Positions 21,861 through 29,990 of a DNA stretch of 29,990 nucleotides are shown one piece after another. Positions within the stretch are counted from its first letter, which is position 1. Each line of letters opens with the position of its first letter. Below the pieces are notes generated by a model. That model worked only from the letters and a program-made list of their open reading frames with translations. It searched no databases and was not told the DNA's origin. The stretch lies in NCBI RefSeq assembly GCF_006345805.1, contig NW_021832625.1, positions 1-29,990 of the forward strand, read 5' to 3'. This stretch comes from Octopus sinensis (Eukaryota). A program made the position numbers and the translations under genes.

Positions 21861-22111
21861 TTATATATATATAATATATATATATATATGTGTGTGTGTG
21901 TGAAGGGCATCCAGCTGTAGAAACCATATCAAAACGGACAGCAGCACTTGATGCAATTTTTGTCAATCTGTCCTACTCATGACAGCACAGAAAACTGACA
22001 TTACATGAAGATTATGGTGATGGTGATGATTTATTAATATCTATTTTGTGTTATAATTAAAACAATTTCACATTAGATTGAAAGATTATTCAATATTTCC
22101 AATGGATTAAA

Positions 22112-22305
22112 GTGGTGGTTGGTGGTAGAACTGTTAGCATACTTAACATTTCGCTCGTCTTTATATTCTGAGTTCAAATTCCACTGAGGTCGACTTTGCC
22201 TTTCATCCTTTTGGGGTCAATAAAGTAAGTACCAATTAAGGGCTGAGATAAATGTGATTGACTTACCCACTTACCTGAAATTGCTGGCCACAATTTGAAA
22301 CCAAT
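22112..22305 (+). mobile_element. SINE family B (diverged)
   Basis: CTGAGTTCAAATTCC..GAGGTCGACTTTGCCTTTCATCC core. Confidence 0.8.
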
Positions 22306-22566
22306 ATTTTTAGTAGGGTACAAATTTATTCTTTAATGAGAATAGTGTTAACAGTGACTTCGAAGTTTAGACCATCTAAGCCTCATTTGACAGTTCAATG
22401 ATGGCTTAGATGTTCAAAGAATCCAAGTCATTATCAATGCTAATCTTGTTAAAGAATTACATATATAGGCGCAGGAGTGGCTGTGTGGTAAGAAGCTTGC
22501 TTACCAACCACATGCTAGAATGGAAAACGGGCGTTAAACGATGATGATGATATATATATATACATA

Positions 22567-22793
22567 TACTCTTTTTACTCTTTTACTTGTTTCAGTCATT
22601 TGACTGCGGCCATGCTGGAGCACCGCCTTTAATCGAGCAACTCGACCCCGGGACTTATTCTTTTGTAAGCCCAGTACTTATTCTATCGGTCTCTTTTTGC
22701 CGAACCGCTAGGTAACAGGGACATAAACACACCAGCATCGGTTGTCAAGCAATGCTAGGGGGACAAATACAGACACACAAAACACACACACGC

Positions 22794-22851
<58 letters not shown>

Positions 22852-23015
22852 TACGACGGGCTTCTTTCAGTTTCCGTCTACCAAATCCACTCACAAGGCT
22901 TTGGTCGGCCCAAGGCTATAGTAGAAGACACTTGCCCAAGGTGCCACGCAGTGGGACTGAACCCGGAACCATGTGGTTGGTAAACAACTACTTACCGCAC
23001 AGCCACTCCTGCGCC
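22567..23015 (-). mobile_element. SINE family A, full length, little decayed
   Basis: Complete head to tail, CpGs retained. Confidence 0.92.
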
Positions 23016-23029
23016 ATATATATATATAT

Positions 23030-23196
23030 ATGTATAACGGGAAGGTTTACGAAAATAAACAGAAGATGAAGGCAGGTGGAATACAAACAAACAATTGTAT
23101 TAGTATGGCGCTCAAGAATAGAAATAAAACAAGTCTTTTACGTTTCGGGCCTACGCTCTTCAACAGAAAGATACACAGAAAAGAAACAAGGAGAGA
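23030..23196 (-). mobile_element. Penelope-like repeat family P4 with hammerhead-like motif at 23135-23170
   Basis: Minus strand CTTT CTGTTGA A GAG-CGTAGG-CCC GAAA CG TA AAAG. Homologous to 25103-25290. Confidence 0.6.
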
Positions 23197-23446
23197 AAGG
23201 GCATAACTGGTGAACTGGGACCATTTAAATATCTTTAATATAATTGATATAACTCAGAAAAAATCAAACACTGTTTCTGCCAATTTATTGTGAAGTGTTC
23301 AACACTTATTTCAGTGTCAATGTGGCTGCCATTCCCTTTCTTGCCCATTTCAATCCGTTTATGAAATGATGTGCTTGCCTCAAATATTTCTTCTTTTTTT
23401 TATTTTACTGAATGCTCCCTTGATCGAATGATTCAATGAAGACACA

Positions 23447-23613
23447 CAGGAGTGGCTGTGTGGTAAGTAGCTTGTTTACCAACCACATGGTTCCAGGTTC
23501 AGTCCCACTGCGTGGCATCTTGGGCAAGTGTCTTCTACTATAGCCTCGGGCCGACCAAAGCCTTGTGAGTGGATTTGGTAGACAGAAACTGAAAGAAGCC
23601 CGTCGTACATATG

Positions 23614-23650
<37 letters not shown>

Positions 23651-23863
23651 TTGTGTGTCTGTGTTTGTCTTTCTAGCATTGCTTGACAACCGATGCTGAT
23701 GTGTTTATGTCCCCGTCACATAGCGGTTCGGCAAAAGAGACTGATAGAATAAGTACTGGGCTTACAAAAGAATAAGTCCTGGGGGTCGAGTTGCTCGATT
23801 AAAGGCGGTGCTCCAGCATGGCCACAGTCAAATGACTGAAACAAGTAAAAGAGTAAAAGAGAG
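23447..23863 (+). mobile_element. SINE family A inserted in the maT element
   Basis: Near full-length family A copy interrupting the transposase C-terminus. Confidence 0.9.
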
Positions 23864-24490
23864 AGTTGAGACAAGTTGCGTTGGATATTGCTTCGGCTGC
23901 CCCCCATAGTCAACACTCACACGGATTCAAATCTGGTGTGCTAGAGGGCCAGATATCTTTAGGGACAAACATGAGAAATTCCTTCTTTAAAAATTCTTGC
24001 ACTCTTTTCGAAGAACGGGCTGGTGTGGAGTCCTGTACAAACACAACTCAACTTGCATCATAATACTCCCTAATCCAAAGCAACAAAACTTCTAAGATTT
24101 TGAGTAACTCTGCTGTATTGATTTTAAGAACTGCTTCAATAAAATGAGGAGGCATCAATTTCCCATCGCTTGCAACAGCTCCAAAGACCATGATGGAAGC
24201 CGGATTCTTTCCATGCTTAGCTGAAGAAACTTGGGAAGGGTTGTCAGCTATCACTAGTGAGCTTTGATAGTTTGCGACTACGTTTGTCATAAACTTCTTT
24301 TCATCCACAAAGATGTGAACATCTCCGCCACGCTGTTCCAGATGACTAAGAAGTTTGGGACTTCTTTCAACTCAAATGGCTTTGGAGTGGGTAGTTAGGA
24401 TGTCATGGTGTCTCCTCATGTATGATTTTCATATGGAGGTCTTGTCTCACAGCCCTAGAAACAGTCATTTTACTGATTCCTTGATCTTAA

Positions 24491-24711
24491 CCCTTTTGAT
24501 ACCAACCCGGCTGAAACCGGCTCTGGCGCTGTAGTACAAATGTCTTGTTTTCATAAGTTTTGAATTAAAATCTTCCACCAAACCTTAGTCACAATTTATG
24601 TTCCTAACACCAGCTGAATGATAACCAAGTTATTTTACAAAATTCTTTCTTATATCTAAAATAATTGAGAGAAACACAGAGCATCCCAAAATAAATACAG
24701 TAACGAAAGGG
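24491..24711. mobile_element. 221-bp piggyBac-type MITE, opposite orientation to 13665-13885
   Basis: TTAA flanks (24487-24490, 24712-24715), CCCTTT..AAAGGG ends, same length as the first copy. Confidence 0.9.
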
Positions 24712-25102
24712 TTAAGCCAACTTCGCCATCGATTTTGATGGGTTTGACTCAGTCAATCTTTCAAGTCCTGTTAAGAAGCAAGGTGTGTGTTTTCAGTCAC
24801 TATGACAACTTCAAATTGGCTACAACTCTAAAAACAGTAGATTTGGCATACTTTATGGCTCTAACAATCTCCCCAGCACTTTTGCCGGTGCTGAATAATT
24901 TGGCAATTACACTTCTATGGTTTAATTCCTTATTAACATTCATAGTTTGTTCAATCTGAAATACAAAATAGTACAAGTGATTATTCAAGCTGATAATATT
25001 TAAGATTTAGACTCCAACAAAATCTATACAATTAGAAATATACCCATTTGACATTTGTCCCAATTTACCTGTTACACTCAGTATATATATATATATATAT
25101 AT

Positions 25103-25290
25103 ACATATTTATATAGGGAGAATTCACAAAAAAACAAGACGAAGACAGGTGGTGTAGACAACAAGCAGATGTATTAGTATTACATTCAGGAAGTGAAAAA
25201 GTCTTTGACGTTTCAAGCCTATGCTCTTCCACAGAAAGGAACAAGGAGAGAAAATAAAGAATGTGTAGTGGTTAGCGCTCTATCATGGTG
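25103..25290 (-). mobile_element. Penelope-like repeat family P4 with hammerhead-like motif at 25203-25238
   Basis: Minus strand CTTT CTGTGGA A GAG-CATAGG-CTT GAAA CG TC AAAG. Confidence 0.6.
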
Positions 25291-25450
25291 AAGGCCTACA
25301 TATATATATATATATAATACACACACACACACAACACACACCAATATATATATATACACAACACACACCTATATTATATAACATATATATATATATATAA
25401 TATATATAACACACACTATCTATATACCACTACAAATATATACACACCAC

Positions 25451-25482
<32 letters not shown>

Positions 25483-26170
25483 ACACACACACACATATAT
25501 ATATATATATACATACATATATATATATGTAAACTTAAGAGTTTATGTAATGTTTCTTTTTATGTGTCAATAGAGGTCCCTTATATTTTTTTATTTTAGG
25601 TGTGTAGTTGAACAATTGAGGACTTCTAAATATCAGAGTGGTGCAATAGAGTTTTTGCTCGTAATTCCAAAGGTGGTATATTTGGAAGCTGACGGTATCT
25701 GCCGGATTGTGCATTAAGATCCTCTCCGATGCTATAGCATGGAACATGCCCCTCCATAGGATTTTCTGTACTTATAGGATAGAGGTTTTCCTCAGTTCAC
25801 TTCACCACTGCTGTCTTTATGATGAATAAATGTCGGGGAGTGTGTGTGTGTTGTTATGTGTAAAATGTGTCTGTGTGTATGTGTGTGTAATATTTCTGTT
25901 TATCCTTCTCCTTTCCTTCCCGCTCACCATTCCACGCAAAACAACACAACAAATATCGAACATGAAACAAGCAAAGATGTTGTTTTTCTAACAAGTTCTC
26001 ATTCTTTGTGAAGACATCAGCGCTGTAGACGGCATCGCTTGGTTATGTAGTTCATTCATGTTCCCTACTGGGATATCATACTGCTTGCGGTTTACCATTA
26101 CACCAACGACCAGCAGCAGCAGCAGCTGTCTCGCAAGGCGCACTTGCTATTGCACAATGCACATCTGGGT

Positions 26171-26218
26171 GTGTGGAGGTGTGGAGGTGTGGAGGTGTGG
26201 AGGTGTGGAGGTGTGGAG
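26171..26218. repeat. (GTGTGGAG)x6 octamer tandem repeat
   Basis: Six exact units read directly. Confidence 0.95.
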
Positions 26219-26619
26219 GTGTGTATAGCAAGAATTTCTCTTTCAAACATAATAAACACATGCCTCAGTTTTAATTTAATATTTCTTTAATTAACGACCT
26301 TTCGTTACTCTTTTTAGTAATCCTTCATATTTAATTGGCAACAATAAACATCTCTAATTCCTTTAATGTTTCAACATCTTCTTTCTTAGCTTTATCTTAT
26401 GAAGATACTGGCAACGGCATGTATGAATGTGTGTACGTATGTATGCACACACACATACATACAGATATATATATATATACACACGTGTGTGTGTGTGGAT
26501 GAGCTAGGTTGCTTTGATGACCTCAAGTTGCTAATATGTGCAAGTATAATAAACACTTATGTAACTTTACAGCTGATTAAAACATAAAAGTACTCTTACA
26601 TATTGTTCTACTTGTTTTT

Positions 26620-26676
26620 ATCACAAAATCTCTTGTATATATATGTGTATATATATATATGTATGTATGTATATAT

Positions 26677-26721
<45 letters not shown>

Positions 26722-26912
26722 CATACATATATATACATATGGATAGATATATATATATACATATATCTATATATATACATATATATAGAGATAGATATAC
26801 ATACATATATATATTTATACATATTTATATATTTATATATATATACATACATACATATATATTATATAAACATATATAGGCCCATGCTCACACTCACATG
26901 TATGTAATATAC

Positions 26913-26946
<34 letters not shown>

Positions 26947-26990
26947 ATATATATACATACATATGTATATGTATGTATACTTTATTATTT
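26620..26990. repeat. Compound (TA)n/(TATG)n microsatellite block
   Basis: Read directly. Confidence 0.95.
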
Positions 26991-27295
26991 TAATATTTAT
27001 TTACTTGAGCATGTGCAAACGCGCATACATGCACGATGTATATATGTATATTAGTGTGTGTGTGTGTGTGTGTGTGTTGGGAAATAGACGGGTGGTTGGA
27101 TGGATAAATGGGTGGATGGCTGGTTAGGTAGATAGATTTATGGATGTATGGTTGAATGGAGATATTGATGGATGGCTGTTCGGAGAGAGGCAGATGATGG
27201 ATGCTGGATCGATTGGAAATAGGTGGGAGGACCGAAGAGATGGATAGCCAACCACATTTACACACACACGTTCGTTGGTTGATATGTCTATATAT

Positions 27296-27353
<58 letters not shown>

Positions 27354-28076
27354 ATGTGTGTGTATATATACAATGAGATACGCCGTATGTATGTATGTGT
27401 ATGTATGTTTATATGTATGTTGTATTTCTTTCATTTTCTTCCTTTTTCCCTTTTTTCTTCTATTTTCGCTCATGGTTGTATTTTCTTCGGTTTGGGATTT
27501 GCATTTTAATGTGGGATTTCTATTATATATGTAGCATATACATACATGTTATATACATAATTATTACCTCTGTCTGTATGTATGTTAGTGCGTATAGCAT
27601 GTATGTATGTATATATGTATGCATGTATACATGTATATATGTATACATGCATGTATGTATGTATATATATTTCTTTACTACCCACAAGGGGCTAAACACA
27701 GAGGGGACAAACAAGGACAGGCAAACGGATTAAGTCGATTACATCGATCCCAGTGCGTTACTGGTACTTAATTTATCGACCCCGAAAGGATATATGTATG
27801 CATATATATATATATATATATATATTTGTGCGTGCCTGTATGTATAATATTTATTGCAATCCAGAGCTTCCCAAACTGTCCTTATCCATGTTCTTCCATC
27901 CAAAGATAACCAATACAAAACTCTGAGTTACAATTTCTGAAACTTCAACTTTCACTAAATTATGTAATTCCGTTTTTTCATTCCATTCCTGACTTTTGTA
28001 CTTCCTCTTATTTCTTCTTCTCCTTCTCCTCGCTTCTTACTCGTCTTTACATCTCAACATGTATTTATCTATCTAG

Positions 28077-28094
28077 ATATCGAAATCTATAGAG
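28077..28094 (+). other. Candidate 18-nt frame-preserving microexon
   Basis: No AG from 27928 to 28074, long pyrimidine tract, acceptor TCTAG, donor AG/GTATGT. Confidence 0.4.
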
Positions 28095-28179
28095 GTATGT
28101 AGGCTATCTATCGCGTGTATGTGTGTATGTGTGTGTGTGTGTCCGTGTGTCCGTATGTGAAACGAAATTGATATGATGT

Positions 28180-28800
28180 TGGTGGTGGTGGTGGAGGTGG
28201 TGTTGGGGGCGGGGGGGACGTGTTGTATTTTGTGTCAAGCACAGAATGAAAGATGTTGGAGGCATTGATTGGTCTATGGAGTGGTGGCAGCTGTCTGTGG
28301 CAATTGATGTTAGAAATATGGATAAGAGAAATATCAGCAGAGATAGCAGCGAACGGAGAAATATGAATAAATAACGGCGACCAGGGCGGCGGCGGCGGCG
28401 ACGACGACGACTGGCTCGGTGGCCGCACAAGTATTGGTAGTAGTAGTAGTGGTAGTGGTGGTAGTGGTAGTAGTAGTGGTAGTGGCTGCAGCAGCAGCAG
28501 CAGTAGGATGTGTATGAGTGTAGCAGGAGTAGCTGTAGTGACTAGAGAGAGAGAAAGAGAGAGAGAGAGAGAACGTGTGTGTATGTGTACACACAGATAT
28601 ATGTGAGTGTACGTGCGTGTGTGTGTGTGTATGTGTGTTCGTGTGTGTGAGACTAGCAGTAGTGGTAGTAGTTGTTGTAGTAGTAGTAGTAGTAATAGTG
28701 GTGGTGGTGGTGGTGGTGAGGAAAGGGTGGGTGTGGGGTCGAGTGTAGCAGCAACAGCAGCAGCAGCAGCAGCAGTAGGGGGCGTGGGTGACTGTAGCAG
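28180..28800. repeat. GC-rich mosaic of triplet repeats (GGT, GGC, GAC, GTA, GCA)
   Basis: Read directly; accounts for the overlapping low-complexity ORFs at 28104-28882. Confidence 0.85.
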
Positions 28801-28927
28801 AAGTACGAGTAGAACTAGATCTAGGCCGGTGTAATAGTTTCAAACATGCCTTGTGAAAGTTCATCTGGATTAAGTGTGTCACCGTTTGGGGTTTGCATTT
28901 CTATATGCATGTGTCTATGTGTGTGTT

Positions 28928-28966
<39 letters not shown>

Positions 28967-29479
28967 TATATGTATGTATATGTGTGTGTATATATATGTG
29001 TGTGTGTAATGTATAAACATACACATATCTCTACATAGATACTTGTATACACATGCATATGATGTGTGTGCGTGTATGTATGTATATATGTATGTATATG
29101 TGTGTGTATGTATGTATGTATATGTATGCATATATGCATGTATATCATCATCATCTTTTACAGTCTATTTTCCATGCTAGCATGGGTTGGACGGTTTGAC
29201 ACAATCTAACGGGTCCAAGGGCCGCCTCGACTTCCAATTTCAACACACACACCACATATGCATGTACATAGTGATCTATTTAACATTATACGCATAAAAA
29301 ATGCTGAAAGAAGGAAAAGAAAGTGCACGCAGGTACTAACAGGTACTAATTGTGTGTGTGTGTGTACTAAAGTTGGTCCTTTTCTGTTTTTCCCTACCTG
29401 TCTTGTGCCATTTAAACATTAAACTTAATCCCCTTTGACCACGAGGTCCTTCATGTCAATTATTGCCCCTTAATATTCT

Positions 29480-29990
29480 TTTCTACTCTAGACACAACGC
29501 CTGAAATTTTGGGAGGAAGGGGGGGGGGGGCAGTCGATTACATAGACCTCAGTATGCAACTGGTACTTAATTTATCGGCCCTGAAAGGACAAAAGGCAAA
29601 GTCGACCTCGACATAATTTGAACTCAGAACATAAAGACAGAAGAAATACCTATTTCTTTTCTACCCACAATGGGCTAAACATAGAGGGGACAAACAAGGA
29701 CAGACAAATGGATTAAGTTGATTATATCGACCCCAGTGCGTAACTGGTACTTAATTTATCGACCCCGAAAGGACGAAAGGCAAAGTCGACCTCAACAGAA
29801 TTTGAACTCAGGACATAAAAACAGACAAAATACCTATTTCTTTATTACCCACAATGGGCTAAATATTGAGGGGACAAACAAGGACAGACAAAACAGATTA
29901 AGTCGATTATATCGACGCAGTGCGTAACTGGTACTTATTTAATCAACCCTGAAAGGATGAAAGGCAAAGTCAACCTCGGCGGAATTTGAA
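29480..29990 (-). mobile_element. Head-to-tail array of 5'-truncated SINE family B units (184-bp period)
   Basis: Identical junction AAATACC|TATTTCTTT at 29650/29651 and 29834/29835. The array runs off the window end. Confidence 0.88.

Larger units (their letters stand above)
23197..25081 (-). mobile_element. Decayed maT (DD37D-type) transposon with a nested SINE A and a MITE
   Basis: Degenerate TIRs (GGGCATAACTGGTGAACTGGGAC and CTGAGTGTAACAGGTAAATTGGGAC). Fragments read VDEKKF, KNPASIMVFGAVASDG and FVQDSTPA..WPSSTPDLNPCE, with 37 residues between the second D and the third acidic residue. Confidence 0.85.

Noticed and set aside
25535-25747. 70-aa minus-strand ORF in unique sequence
   Set aside because: No recognisable motif, it runs into an A-rich tract, and the splice signals fit the + strand better.
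28842-28851. AAACATGCCT, a p53-type half site
   Set aside because: A single 10-bp degenerate half site is expected by chance.
28334-28882. 182-aa ORF with poly-Cys/Thr/Ala runs
   Set aside because: Produced by triplet repeats; overlapping low-complexity ORFs occur on both strands.

Overview
Eukaryotic, AT-rich, microsatellite- and transposon-dense DNA. It is most likely an Octopus intron or intergenic region; this is inferred from the tRNA-derived SINE families and (TA)n/(CA)n density, not verified. I find no intact protein-coding gene. The supplied ORFs are microsatellite or SINE read-throughs, or pieces of decayed transposases and reverse transcriptases. The window holds many SINEs of several families, RTE-type LINE remnants, one mariner (DD34D-type) and two maT (DD37D-type) fossils, two 221-bp TTAA-flanked piggyBac-type MITEs, and a Penelope-like (PLE) GIY-YIG fossil. 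The most notable signal is a set of short PLE-type repeats from at least five sequence-distinct families carrying type I hammerhead ribozyme folds with palindromic stem III. Two have canonical cores with intact stems (3775-3869, 4352-4406). One has a non-canonical U3-A8 covariant core inside a perfect 87-bp fold-back (7486-7538). Two share an A6U core (23135-23170, 25203-25238). Several others are decayed. There are also weak signs of a + strand host gene, chiefly an 18-nt microexon candidate at 28077-28094.
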